Source: a virus. From it: DNA of 64,000 nt. The notes below the pieces were generated by a model, which did not search any database, had not been told where the DNA came from, and saw only the letters and a list, made by a program, of their open reading frames with translations. Below are positions 49,214 to 58,907 of the stretch, piece after piece. Within the stretch, counting starts at the first letter, position 1; the number at the start of each line of letters is the position of its first letter. Position numbers and translations under genes: made by a program. The stretch is taken from positions 30,583 to 94,582 of IMG/VR virus record IMGVR_UViG_3300001765_000033; one strand, written 5' to 3'.

Positions 49214-49240
49214 GAAAAACTTTAACAAGGAAATCTGTTT

Positions 49241-49393
49241 ATGGCTAAAAAAGAAATTATATGTTTTTCGTGTGATATGAATTTTACTGTTTCATATCAA
49301 GGAAAAGAGGATATCGTATATTGCCCATTTTGTGGAGAAAATTTAGAACAAAATGATGGTAATGAATACGAAGATGATCAAGAAGACGAATAA
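49241..49393 (+). CDS. Small Zn-ribbon protein with acidic tail (50 aa, absent from the ORF track)
   Basis: MAKKEIICFSCDMEF...YCPFCGENLEQNDGNEYEDDQEDE; AAGGA SD. Confidence 0.8.
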   Translation: MAKKEIICFSCDMNFTVSYQGKEDIVYCPFCGENLEQNDGNEYEDDQEDE

Positions 49394-49704
49394 TGCCAGC
49401 TATAGCTAGAAAAGACGATTTAGTATTATCTCCAACTGGAGCAGGAGATGGCTGTGCAGGTTCAATGATTGTTCATGTATATGAGGTAAATTCAAACCAA
49501 GTATATGCTAATGGAAAATTAATTGTCGTTGCTGATAACATGGTCGAACCACACCCACAAATAGGGTGTATGACTACTGATACTTCGCGTCTAAATAAAT
49601 TCTCAGATAAAGTCTTTATCGGCAGTAAAGGTGTTGGCAGAATCGAAGATTTGTATAATGATAATCGTATTATTACTGGGTCAGATAATGTGTTTTCAGG
49701 GTAA
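49393..49704 (+). CDS. PAAR-like spike tip protein (gp5.4-like)
   Basis: MPAIARKDD, V.ANG, V.IG..GVGR..D, TGS.NVF.G. Confidence 0.8.
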   Translation: MPAIARKDDLVLSPTGAGDGCAGSMIVHVYEVNSNQVYANGKLIVVADNMVEPHPQIGCMTTDTSRLNKFSDKVFIGSKGVGRIEDLYNDNRIITGSDNVFSG

Positions 49705-50145
49705 CTTGTTTAAGGCGGTTCGCAATTCTTTTGCTTCGTCCGGTTTTACCCAACTGGAAAATATTTTTGATCTTATATTTTGATTAATCCAATCATCACT
49801 TTCCAATGCCCCAACGTGATATAGTGCCAATTCTTCAGCATATAGAAGTGATCCTTTTCCTGAGCAAAACACTAGGATTTCTCTCGTGAAATCGTCTGTG
49901 CCATGTTCTGCTATGTACTCAAGTAAAGTAGGTGACGATGACCAATAATTTTTCCAATCAGATTGGACTTTTACCTTCTTTTTTACGCCTTTGATCGTCT
50001 TTGTTTTTGAAAATTGTAAAAGTTTTTTCCCGATGTACTTTTTTCCAGTTGAAATCTGTGTTATAATGTAAATGAAACCTATGGCGGAAACCGGAACATC
50101 TTCATCTGTAATGTCTTTTCCCTTGAATTTCCAGTTGTTTTCCAT
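49696..50145 (-). CDS. GIY-YIG family nuclease
   Basis: GFIYII...TGKKYIGKK, SDWKNY.SSS. Confidence 0.8.
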   Translation of the reverse strand: MENNWKFKGKDITDEDVPVSAIGFIYIITQISTGKKYIGKKLLQFSKTKTIKGVKKKVKVQSDWKNYWSSSPTLLEYIAEHGTDDFTREILVFCSGKGSLLYAEELALYHVGALESDDWINQNIRSKIFSSWVKPDEAKELRTALNKLP

Positions 50146-50183
50146 CTTAACCCCTTATAAAATAAAGAAAGTGTGCTATACTT

Positions 50184-50432
50184 ATGTATGAATTAAAAGA
50201 GCTTCTTAAAACTTCTGTCGTCAATGTGACTTTTACAAAAGTCGATGGTACAGAACGTAAAATGGTGTGTACTCTAGCAGAAGAATTTTTACCAGAAAAG
50301 AAGGCTACTACCATTGAAGTTGATGTTGAAAATGTTAAGCCTAAAAATGATAATATTTTTATTGTCTACGATCTGGAAAAAGATGCGTGGCGATCATTTC
50401 GGTTAGATAGTGTGATTTCGTATTTTGTTTAA
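50184..50432 (+). CDS. WYL-like (DUF2693-type) protein
   Basis: FTKVDG.ER.M.CTL, D.EK.AWRSFR.DSV. Confidence 0.8.
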   Translation: MYELKELLKTSVVNVTFTKVDGTERKMVCTLAEEFLPEKKATTIEVDVENVKPKNDNIFIVYDLEKDAWRSFRLDSVISYFV

Positions 50433-50457
50433 TGTGTTTTTATAGGAGTATTTTATT

Positions 50458-50730
50458 ATGGCTAGTGCAAAAACTTTTGTTATCCCTTCATCGCCTGCTG
50501 ACCTCAAAAAGCTTAAAGATGCTATGGTTGAAGGTTCGGGTGCGTTGATTCGCATTGATTCCGAAAAAGAATTCCTAAAGGATATCGCAGAAAAGCTATC
50601 AGAAGAACTGGAATTACCAAAGTCAGTTATTGCGTCTTTGATTCGATATTATCACAAATCAAATTTTGAAGCCAAAGCCACGGAATTTGACGATTTTAGT
50701 ACCCTTTGGGAAGAAGTTTCTAAGGTCTGA
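50458..50730 (+). CDS. dsbA: dsDNA-binding protein, T4 DsbA-like
   Basis: Helical, KDI......E, YHK.NF; near rnh. Confidence 0.7.
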   Translation: MASAKTFVIPSSPADLKKLKDAMVEGSGALIRIDSEKEFLKDIAEKLSEELELPKSVIASLIRYYHKSNFEAKATEFDDFSTLWEEVSKV

Positions 50731-50734
50731 AATC

Positions 50735-51778
50735 ATGACAAGAACAACTTGGAAAGATCATGAGCCAGAGTTTAATCCAATTGATTATAAAGGGTCAATG
50801 ATTGCTAATCTGAAGTTCTATAATTCTGAAGTTGAAGATGATCTAAAAAAAGATTGGACATTATCTTATTGGAAAGCACAAGGAAAATCTACTGCTTACA
50901 TGGATAAAGTACATCCTGCGTCTTTTGCTCAACTTGGTGTTCTTGTCAGAATTATGGAGCGTGGATATGGTATTGAAGATAATCATCAAAAATTCATTGA
51001 TGATGAATATTTAAGAATTGCCGCTAGAGTTCGTAAACCAAAAGATGAAACTAAGGTTGTTGAAAAAATATCAACTGAAGATAAAGTAGAAAAAGCAGCA
51101 GCCGATTTGATGTGTGATATTGATGCTGAATTTGATCAAATTTCTGAGCACGGCACTCGAAAATATGATTTGAATAAACATCTTGATCGTTCAAAACTTT
51201 TATTGGCTATTTCTGATATCCTGCTTAAACGATATCAACCAAAGTTAGAGGAATTGAAAATTGCTCTCGATGGTTCTGATAAACAAATCAAAGAAGGCTA
51301 TTCTCAATATTCAAAAAAGAATTTGAGGATGCTTTGTGATTTTGCAGAATCAATCGTCAAAACATGCGAGTCAGCAACGCCAGTTGTTAGGACAAGAAAA
51401 TCAAAACCAGTTAGCATAAGTAAGATGGTATCTAAAGTTGTATATCTTAAAGAATATCCAGCTTTACAGCTTAAATCGGTAAACCTAGAGTCTTTGGTAG
51501 GTGCCAAAGTTATCTATCTTTTTAACGTGAAAGTTAGAAAGTTAATTAGGTATGAAGTCGCCGATGGAGAAAAGCTTACGGTTAAAGGTACGACCTTGAT
51601 TGGGTATGATGAAAAGAAATCTTTTGGTAAAACTATCAGGAAACCTGAAGTGTTTTTCCAAGGAATTAATTCTATGGCTCAAAGAGCTATGGACAAAAAG
51701 TGTTTTGATGTCGCTGGTGTTAATGCAAATGTGTCAGGCAGAATCAATGGTGATATGATTATTTTAAAAGTGTTTTGA
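50735..51778 (+). CDS. Conserved T4-like hypothetical protein
   Basis: VKGTTLIG, KTIRKPE, GRIN.D.IIL. Confidence 0.7.
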   Translation: MTRTTWKDHEPEFNPIDYKGSMIANLKFYNSEVEDDLKKDWTLSYWKAQGKSTAYMDKVHPASFAQLGVLVRIMERGYGIEDNHQKFIDDEYLRIAARVRKPKDETKVVEKISTEDKVEKAAADLMCDIDAEFDQISEHGTRKYDLNKHLDRSKLLLAISDILLKRYQPKLEELKIALDGSDKQIKEGYSQYSKKNLRMLCDFAESIVKTCESATPVVRTRKSKPVSISKMVSKVVYLKEYPALQLKSVNLESLVGAKVIYLFNVKVRKLIRYEVADGEKLTVKGTTLIGYDEKKSFGKTIRKPEVFFQGINSMAQRAMDKKCFDVAGVNANVSGRINGDMIILKVF

Positions 51779-51788
51779 AAGGTAAATT

Positions 51789-52082
51789 ATGACAAGAATT
51801 GAAGCAGTAGCAAAAGCGCGAGAAGCAAGGGCGGCTAAGAAATTGGCGCGAGACGCGAATCCACAGGCCACTGAAACGACTCAGGTTGAATTGATTGAAG
51901 ATTCTGATGGCATTGAGGCTGCTATTGCAGAAGCAAGCTTAGAGGGGCTTAAAATCAGTCTGTGGCGTGAATGTATGGTTGCGAATATGCTCAATGGTCG
52001 GTTGTTACATCCTGCTCAATTTGAGTCTATAAGTAAATTCGCCGATGCTTATGTCGAACTAGCTATGGAGAAATTTGAATGA
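51789..52082 (+). CDS. Hypothetical protein
   Basis: AKAREARAAKK N-terminus. Confidence 0.6.
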   Translation: MTRIEAVAKAREARAAKKLARDANPQATETTQVELIEDSDGIEAAIAEASLEGLKISLWRECMVANMLNGRLLHPAQFESISKFADAYVELAMEKFE

Positions 52083-52996
52083 TTTTAATTGATCTAAGTC
52101 AAATTGTATGGATGAATACATACAAGTTCTTTGGCAAAGATGGGGGCAAGATAGAATTAGTTGATGATACTAATTCAATGGATATTTTACGAACTGCTAT
52201 GTTATCCAGCATTTTGTTCTACAAAACCAAATTCAAAGAGTATGGTAAGGTAGTAATTTGTTGCGATAGTAATGATGGTTATTGGCGATTATCGGTATCA
52301 AAATACTACAAAGCAGCCCGCAAAGAAAAACGAGAGGCTTCTGTTGTTGATTCAAAACTGGTAGCAAAATTTATTGATTCATTCAAGCAAGAGTTGATTG
52401 ACAATTTTACATTTCCAGTGATTGAAGTTAGTAAATCAGAAGGCGATGATGTGATTGCTGTAATTTCTAAGTGGGCACAATCAAATGATTTAACTGAATC
52501 TTTATTTGACTCAGAAGCAAAGCCAATCATGATCATTTCTGCAGATCAAGATTTTCTTCAACTTGGTTTATTGAATAAAAATATCAAGCAATATTGTCCA
52601 CGAAAAGGCGAGTTGATTAAAGCAGATAAGCCTTTAGATCAATATCTGATCCAGCACACGATTGCTGGAGATTCGGTAGATTGCATTTGCAATGTGATTT
52701 CTCCTGAAAATTCACTTTTCGATCATATCAAGCAAAAATCAATTACTAAGAAAATTCTAGAATCTTTTTATGAAAAAGGTATTGATGCTTGTGAGAATGA
52801 TTTTCAGCGAGAGAATTATATCAGGAATCAGAAGCTGGTCGATTTCAATTTTATTCCAAAAGAAATTTCCGATAGAATTATTGAGGCATATATATCATAT
52901 CAAGTGAATGGTTCACTACAGAAGATTATGAATTATCTAATAAAGCATAAATGTGGCAAAAAATTAATATCTTCCTACGGAGACTTCGTTATATGA
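52079..52996 (+). CDS. rnh: T4-type RNase H / 5'-3' exonuclease
   Basis: ILIDLSQ, YWR, YKA.R, EGDD.I, S.D.DF.QL, GD..D. Confidence 0.93.
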   Translation: MILIDLSQIVWMNTYKFFGKDGGKIELVDDTNSMDILRTAMLSSILFYKTKFKEYGKVVICCDSNDGYWRLSVSKYYKAARKEKREASVVDSKLVAKFIDSFKQELIDNFTFPVIEVSKSEGDDVIAVISKWAQSNDLTESLFDSEAKPIMIISADQDFLQLGLLNKNIKQYCPRKGELIKADKPLDQYLIQHTIAGDSVDCICNVISPENSLFDHIKQKSITKKILESFYEKGIDACENDFQRENYIRNQKLVDFNFIPKEISDRIIEAYISYQVNGSLQKIMNYLIKHKCGKKLISSYGDFVI

Positions 52997-53466
52997 AAAC
53001 TTATTCCAATGTTAACCCGAAATTTATTCCAGAATTTCTAAAAATTATTGAGACTGCCCCAGATCAAAAGGCAAAACTTAAAGAATTTGGCGCGATTCCG
53101 CCGTTAAATTTTATTTTAGCAATGAATTTTGATGATAGGGTCGAATTCGATTTGCCAAACGGCAACCCTCCTGAACCGGAAGGTAGGGTTGTAGGTCATT
53201 CGGACCTGTTCGCCCCGGCAGCAAGTTCACTTCGTCGCATTCTAGTATGTTTAAAGAGTGACCCTAGATTACCTCGTTACAAAAAAGAGGCGGTTTTTTT
53301 GCAACTTTTGGAAGGATTGAATCCAGAGGAAGCTAAGATCGTTGTGTTCGCAAAAGATAAGGCGCTAAATGAGCTATATCCTTGGCTTACTCGTGAATTG
53401 GTAGCTAGTTCGTGTCCTAGTTTAGTTTATTCAAATACTACTTGGTTAGATAAGACCGAACAGTAA
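52993..53466 (+). CDS. Conserved hypothetical protein
   Basis: FDLP.G.PP, KKE..F.QLLEGL.P.EA. Confidence 0.7.
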   Translation: MKTYSNVNPKFIPEFLKIIETAPDQKAKLKEFGAIPPLNFILAMNFDDRVEFDLPNGNPPEPEGRVVGHSDLFAPAASSLRRILVCLKSDPRLPRYKKEAVFLQLLEGLNPEEAKIVVFAKDKALNELYPWLTRELVASSCPSLVYSNTTWLDKTEQ

Positions 53467-53472
53467 ATACAA

Positions 53473-53745
53473 ATGCCTACATACACATACAAATGTTCAA
53501 ATTGTGAATATGAAAAAGATCGTGTTTTAAAAATTTCAGAATACGATATTCCATGCAATGAGCCATGTCCAGAATGTGGTTCAGAAAAAAGTATTAGCAG
53601 AGTAATTTATGCGACAGGATTTGGTGATGTTCACCGAATGAAAATGCATAAAATTGATCCAGATTGGCGTGATGTTTTACGCAAGGTGCAGAAAACCACT
53701 CCTGGTGCTAATCTGGATCGATCATCGACGTTAGTTCCAATTTAA
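53473..53745 (+). CDS. FmdB-like Zn-ribbon protein
   Basis: MPTYTYKCSNC...CPECG. Confidence 0.85.
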   Translation: MPTYTYKCSNCEYEKDRVLKISEYDIPCNEPCPECGSEKSISRVIYATGFGDVHRMKMHKIDPDWRDVLRKVQKTTPGANLDRSSTLVPI

Positions 53746-53778
53746 GAAAGGTAGCTTCTAAGATTTCGGTAGATTCAT

Positions 53779-53805
53779 GGTTACACAGGTTACACAGGTT
53801 ACACA
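53779..53805 (+). repeat. Tandem repeat (GGTTACACA)x3 upstream of phoH
   Basis: Three exact 9-bp copies. Confidence 0.85.
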
Positions 53806-53834
53806 ATAATAACAACATAAAGACTGGAAATATA

Positions 53835-54659
53835 ATGGCACGATCACCCGCGACACCACGTAAAACAACATCAACACAAGTGGATAGAGTAGCAAAAAGA
53901 TTGACTAAACAACAAGCTGCTCTTGAAAAACAGATGATAAATGACATGAATTTGAAAGTTGTGGCTAATGGGGGTAGGATGCCGAAACTTAGTGATCTTA
54001 GGAAATTATCTCCATTGACAGATATGCAAGCGAATATTTTTGATTCTTTTGAGAATGACCCATCTGATGTTTTAGGTCGTGTATTTTTTGGTTCGGCTGC
54101 GGTTGGCAAATCTTTTTTGGCAATTTATTTTGGGTTAAAAGAAATTCTTAATCCAGACTCAATTTATAAGAGGCTGATAATTATCAGATCAGCTGTGCCC
54201 GGAAGGGCACAGGGTTTCCTTCCCGGTGAAATTGATGCTAAAGAGGAAATTTACGCTGCTCCTTATCATAGTATTTGCGCTGAATTGACAAATAACAAAA
54301 TGGCGTTTGAAAAGCTATCTGAAGCAGGTTTGATAGAATTTCGGTCAAGTTCATATCTAAGAAGCTTGACCTTTTCGGATTCTTTTATAGTGTGCGACGA
54401 AATGCAAAATTTTTCGTGGCAAGAAATTTTCACTGTTATTACTCGACTAGGTAAAAATTCTCAGATCGTTTGTTGTGGTGACGGGCATCAGTGTGACCTA
54501 ACTACCAACAAATATGATATGTCTGGATTAAGTGCATTTTTAGGTGTTACTTATAAAATGCCTGCATTTAGGCATTTCAAATTTACTCCAGATGATATTT
54601 GTAGGTCGGATTTCGTGAAGCAATTTGTGCTTGCGTGTCAATCGGAAGGCATTAATTAG
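53835..54659 (+). CDS. phoH: PhoH family ATPase
   Basis: GSAAVGKS, GFLPG, DEMQN, ITRLG, GD..Q.D, DI.RS..V. Confidence 0.92.
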   Translation: MARSPATPRKTTSTQVDRVAKRLTKQQAALEKQMINDMNLKVVANGGRMPKLSDLRKLSPLTDMQANIFDSFENDPSDVLGRVFFGSAAVGKSFLAIYFGLKEILNPDSIYKRLIIIRSAVPGRAQGFLPGEIDAKEEIYAAPYHSICAELTNNKMAFEKLSEAGLIEFRSSSYLRSLTFSDSFIVCDEMQNFSWQEIFTVITRLGKNSQIVCCGDGHQCDLTTNKYDMSGLSAFLGVTYKMPAFRHFKFTPDDICRSDFVKQFVLACQSEGIN

Positions 54660-55886
54660 ACATTAAATTCTACGATTTTTTCTTCAATAAAATTCAATAT
54701 ATCCTGTGGGTTACATCCAGAAAATGTTTCTGTGTAACCTACTTTTTTATATTCTTGTTCTTCTTGGGGTATTAAAAAATCTGAAAATTTGTCCTTAATG
54801 AAGTATTCCATACCAAGTGCAAAAGAACCTTCAAATGCTTTTTCATATAAAATTTCACATTTAGTAATAAAAGCAGGAGAATATCTTTCACTTATAGATT
54901 CTTTTGATGTTATGCCGACTTTAATTTGATTGTTTGGCATTTACTACATCTGTTTCTGAATATCTATCGACGAAAGAAAATCTGCTACGTTTTCTGTTGA
55001 TTTCGTCTTTTTCATCTTGAGGTTTAGAATTTAAATTATCTTGCCATTTATCTTGTCTTGCTTGCCAGATTTTTGTTCCTTCAACTTCTCCGTGTTTCTC
55101 AATACATTTTTCTAAAGAGAATGTTGATTGTCTTTCTGATATTTTTCTTATAGCCTCTTCTTCGGTCATGTTATGTCTAGACATCCAATATTCTTTGCAC
55201 GTTACATTTTTATATGCTCTTTCGTCTTTTGTGGTAGATGAATAATATGCATTTGCGTTGTATTTCTGTCTTGCGGATACTTCTGCGATTGCTTGATCTA
55301 ATGAATATCCACGAATTGTCCAATAATCTACTGTTAAATTAGAACATTGTTTTGTCTTTTTTAATTCTTCTTCTGATACTGTTTTCATGAAGAATTTAAA
55401 CGCTAAATCTTTCACAACTTCTGGTAGGTAATTTCTCTTTAACCAGAATTCCTCAAATTCTTTTTTCTTATTTCTGTTTTTATCTTTAGAAGATAGTAGT
55501 AATTTATATGTTTCTATTGTTCGGTTGTCTCCGATTTCATCTAAAAATGTTGGTGGATTTGGTAGAAAATGTTTTGTTATTTCTTCATAAAACCCTTTTT
55601 GTTTAGCCATAATATACGCTGAGTTATCATTTGTATAAAAATCCTTACTACATTTAAATTTCGATGCTATTTCTTTTAAATTATCAAAAGATAAATCTCG
55701 ACCTACCGCATGAGTTGATCTTATAATATTTCTTTTTAGTTTTAGTGATATTGCTTTATTTGTAATTTCGTATGCTAATTTGTTGTATAATTTATTTCTT
55801 ATAAATTTTAATGGAACATCTTGTCCATACAATTCAACTAAAATTTCAATCTCTGCGTCCGACCACTGTGTTCTGGTATTTGTCAT
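54656..55886 (-). pseudogene. Hef-like homing endonuclease gene broken into two frames (54921..55886 and 54656..54940)
   Basis: ATG 55886 after AGGAG; YW..RG and FSLE.CI.KHG..EG...W repeats; the IKVGIT..E..GYTE nuclease portion is out of frame. Confidence 0.6.
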
Positions 55887-56035
55887 TTGATATAAACTCC
55901 TAAATATATTGATATACAGGGACAACGGAATTTAAACTCCTTCGCTGAAAAAAGTATCTGACCACTTTTTTCTAACCTGTACTTATATTTAGCATTTTCA
56001 ATTCTTCACTCTTTTCGCTACGCTTCACAAAAAGC

Positions 56036-56065
56036 TTGACACTTTCGCAAATTCTGTGTTACAAT
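56036..56065 (+). promoter_or_regulatory. Sigma70-type early promoter TTGACA-N18-TACAAT with TG extension
   Basis: TTGACA 56036-56041; TGTGTTACAAT 56055-56065. Confidence 0.8.
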
Positions 56066-56071
56066 ACATCC

Positions 56072-56329
56072 ATGAACAAAACTCAAGCCCAAATCTCCGA
56101 AATTCTCTACAATCTTGACCCTATGAACACAGGGTGTGTGGAGAATTCTATGTTAGACGAATACGATGCTGAAGCAGAGGGAATCGCACACTATCTTGAA
56201 AAAGGTCATCCTCTGAAGTATGCTATTGTTTTAGTTTTTGAGTATAATTTTTGGATAGGTTGTCTCAATGATCACCAAATCGAAGCAATCATGAAAGAAA
56301 TGACTTCAATAAACAACGAAGAAATTTAA
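56072..56329 (+). CDS. Early hypothetical protein (possibly leaderless)
   Basis: ATG 6 nt after the -10; IL..LDP...DEYD.EA motif. Confidence 0.6.
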   Translation: MNKTQAQISEILYNLDPMNTGCVENSMLDEYDAEAEGIAHYLEKGHPLKYAIVLVFEYNFWIGCLNDHQIEAIMKEMTSINNEEI

Positions 56330-56531
56330 ATCTTCTGACTAAAATTTTTGACGAAGTTGATCCAATCTCGATTGCCAATGAAAATCAATCCGAATATAGG
56401 AATCTAGCTGGTTTCACTGTCTGTAATTACGATGATAATCCTGAAGCTGGAATTATTTCTGCGATAAATAAATCAATTGTCGAGTTATTCGATGTTGATT
56501 TTATTTTAACCGAAGAAGAAGAAAAGCTGAT

Positions 56532-56909
56532 ATGTCAAAAACTTATAGGGAACTTATTGAATCGCTAAATTCCAAGAAATATGGGGATTGGGATTTTGTA
56601 AATACTAAACACGGCAAAGAACGTGATGGCGAAAGATCATCAGATGTTTCTGATTCTGATTGGGATGATCACATTCAAAAAATAATCAAAAAAGTTGCTG
56701 GAACTAAACACGGCTCTGAAAAAGGTGGTCGAGAAATTATGTTTCATCAGGCTAAGAAACGATTAGCGACTGTTATGAATGTTGATCAACAAGCTAAACA
56801 ACTTCGATGTATTACAGTTATGCCAAAGAAAGATAATCCGATACCAAAAGCAGGCACTAAAAAAGTTATGGTTGAGGATTATTCTCATTTGGAATGTATC
56901 GAAATCTAA
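56532..56909 (+). CDS. RelE/BECR-like fold protein with CTS-like leader
   Basis: MSKTYRELIE; TKHGKERDGER ... CITVM; GATAAATA at 56463-56470. Confidence 0.5.
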   Translation: MSKTYRELIESLNSKKYGDWDFVNTKHGKERDGERSSDVSDSDWDDHIQKIIKKVAGTKHGSEKGGREIMFHQAKKRLATVMNVDQQAKQLRCITVMPKKDNPIPKAGTKKVMVEDYSHLECIEI

Positions 56910-56920
56910 ATAGGAGCAGC

Positions 56921-57523
56921 ATGGTAACATCATTACAATTAAAAAAGATTTGTCCAAACATGAGGAACCCCGATCTTTGGGTTCCTTTACTCAATTCTGC
57001 ATTTGAATTAAATGAATTTTCGTCTGTCGATCAGGCTATGTTTATTGCTCAATGTGCTCACGAATCTGGCGAATTTAATACACTTTCTGAAAATTTGAAT
57101 TATTCTGCCGAAAGGCTTTTGGTAATTTTTCCAAAATATTTCAAAGCAGATACTGTCCAAAAGTTCAACAGAAACCCACAGGCTATCGCTAATACAGTGT
57201 ATGCTAATAGGATGGGTAATGGCGATTTTGCGTCTGGTGATGGGTTTAAATATGCAGGTCGTGGCCTAATTATGCTTACTGGTAAAGACGCTTACCGTAA
57301 ATTTAGTATCGATACTTATGGTGACGAAAAAATTCTACTAAACAATCCAGAAACTCTCAGAGAACCAGCAATTGCAATTAAAAGTGCTATGTGGTTTTGG
57401 AAAAAAAATCACATCAAATCTTGTGGGTCTGTTGTTACGTGTGCAACCAAAAAAATTAACGGTGGGCTTAACGGTATTTCTTCTAGAGTAGAATATTTTA
57501 ATAAGGCAATGCAAATTTTATAG
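56921..57523 (+). CDS. Endolysin, glycoside hydrolase family 19
   Basis: FIAQCAHESG, ENLNYS, YANRMGN, GDG..Y.GRG, INGG.NG. Confidence 0.92.
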   Translation: MVTSLQLKKICPNMRNPDLWVPLLNSAFELNEFSSVDQAMFIAQCAHESGEFNTLSENLNYSAERLLVIFPKYFKADTVQKFNRNPQAIANTVYANRMGNGDFASGDGFKYAGRGLIMLTGKDAYRKFSIDTYGDEKILLNNPETLREPAIAIKSAMWFWKKNHIKSCGSVVTCATKKINGGLNGISSRVEYFNKAMQIL

Positions 57524-57532
57524 GAGTTTATT

Positions 57533-57658
57533 ATGTATGTTTTGAAATCTCCAAATGGAGAAGAGACTCCGTTCTTTATAGAATCTTGTGCCGAATTGTT
57601 TAAAATTTGCTATGGCGGTTCTGTCATCTTTATTGAAAATTATAACATGTTACATTGA
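57533..57658 (+). CDS. Small hypothetical protein (41 aa)
   Basis: AGGAG SD; MYVLKSPNGEETPFFIESCAELFK. Confidence 0.55.
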   Translation: MYVLKSPNGEETPFFIESCAELFKICYGGSVIFIENYNMLH

Positions 57659-57710
57659 CTCATAAATAGTTATGTGTAAGTACAATACTATTTTATGAGG
57701 GACATGCAAC

Positions 57711-58277
57711 ATGCTGATAAATTTAAACGATAAGAGTTTTGGTAAGAAAAATCCACAGCAATCTTTTTATTTGTTGTTTTCAGAAATTGATGATGGGGTT
57801 TCTAAAGACGTATGTGGTTGGATTTTATCTGAGAATTTTTCTGACCAAGATGAAAAACCAGAAGTTTTGAATTTATTCGTCAACAGCCCAGGCGGTAATT
57901 TACACGATGCTATGGCAATCATAGCAGTGATGCGAGGCTCACAGATACCTGTGCGAACAGTAGCATTAGGCATGGTAGCATCTGCTGGTTTGATGATTTC
58001 TATGGCTGGTACAAAAGGACATCGTTGTATGGTAGAAAGCTGTAGTGTTATGAGTCATAGCTGGTCTGGATTTGCCCAAGGCAGTAGCCACGAATTAATG
58101 AATTTGACCAAAGAGCATAATTTGACGACTGAGCGTATGCGGGATCACTACAGACTTTGTACTGGCCTCAGTGACGACCAGATTGCAAAGTGTTTGCTGC
58201 CAGCTAAAGATGTCTATTTGACACCAAAAGAAGCTCTAAAATACGGAATCTGTGATACAATTACAAAATTGAAATAA
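57711..58277 (+). CDS. clpP: ClpP-like serine protease
   Basis: NSPGG, G.VASAG (Ser), MSHS (His), KDVYLT..EA..YG..D; CATAAATA at 57661. Confidence 0.88.
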   Translation: MLINLNDKSFGKKNPQQSFYLLFSEIDDGVSKDVCGWILSENFSDQDEKPEVLNLFVNSPGGNLHDAMAIIAVMRGSQIPVRTVALGMVASAGLMISMAGTKGHRCMVESCSVMSHSWSGFAQGSSHELMNLTKEHNLTTERMRDHYRLCTGLSDDQIAKCLLPAKDVYLTPKEALKYGICDTITKLK

Positions 58278-58304
58278 ACTAATTTTTTATTATGAAGGCT
58301 ACGC

Positions 58305-58853
58305 ATGGCATATGATTCTCAGGTGATGTTAGATATTGAAACACTCAGCACAAAAAATAATGCTGTTATTGTTTCAATCGGCGCATGTAAATTTGCTGCT
58401 GAAAAGGGTGTCATCTTAGACACTTTCAAAGTCAATGTTGATCCAAGGGACTGTAAAAAACTTGGGCTGCACGTCAGTAAATCCACTATGGAATTTTGGG
58501 CAAAACAATCACCTGAAGCACGAAAATGTTGGCAGATCGACCCTAAACCATTGAAAGAAGCGTTAGAATCTTTTAGTGATTGGTATGGCACAAAATCAAT
58601 AAACACCTACTCAAAAGGCACGGTGTTCGATATAGGCATTCTTGAAAACGCATATTCTGTGGTAGGTCTAAATCCACCTTGGAAACCATTTCAGATTTGT
58701 GATTATCGGACAATTCTCACAATTCTTAGGTTGGATGACAAATCATCTAAAAACGTTGGCACAACATATCATGATGCATTGGACGATGCTGTTAATCAAG
58801 CAGAATTCTTGATGCCTTTATTGCAAGCATTCGCAGACTACGAAGACTTTTGA
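58305..58853 (+). CDS. DEDDh 3'-5' exonuclease (DexA-like)
   Basis: MLDIETL, SIGA, FD..IL, D.RT, H.ALDDA. Confidence 0.88.
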   Translation: MAYDSQVMLDIETLSTKNNAVIVSIGACKFAAEKGVILDTFKVNVDPRDCKKLGLHVSKSTMEFWAKQSPEARKCWQIDPKPLKEALESFSDWYGTKSINTYSKGTVFDIGILENAYSVVGLNPPWKPFQICDYRTILTILRLDDKSSKNVGTTYHDALDDAVNQAEFLMPLLQAFADYEDF

Positions 58854-58907
58854 TGATAAATCTCACATACATGTGATATAATCGAGACTCTTTTATAGGA
58901 GTCTATC

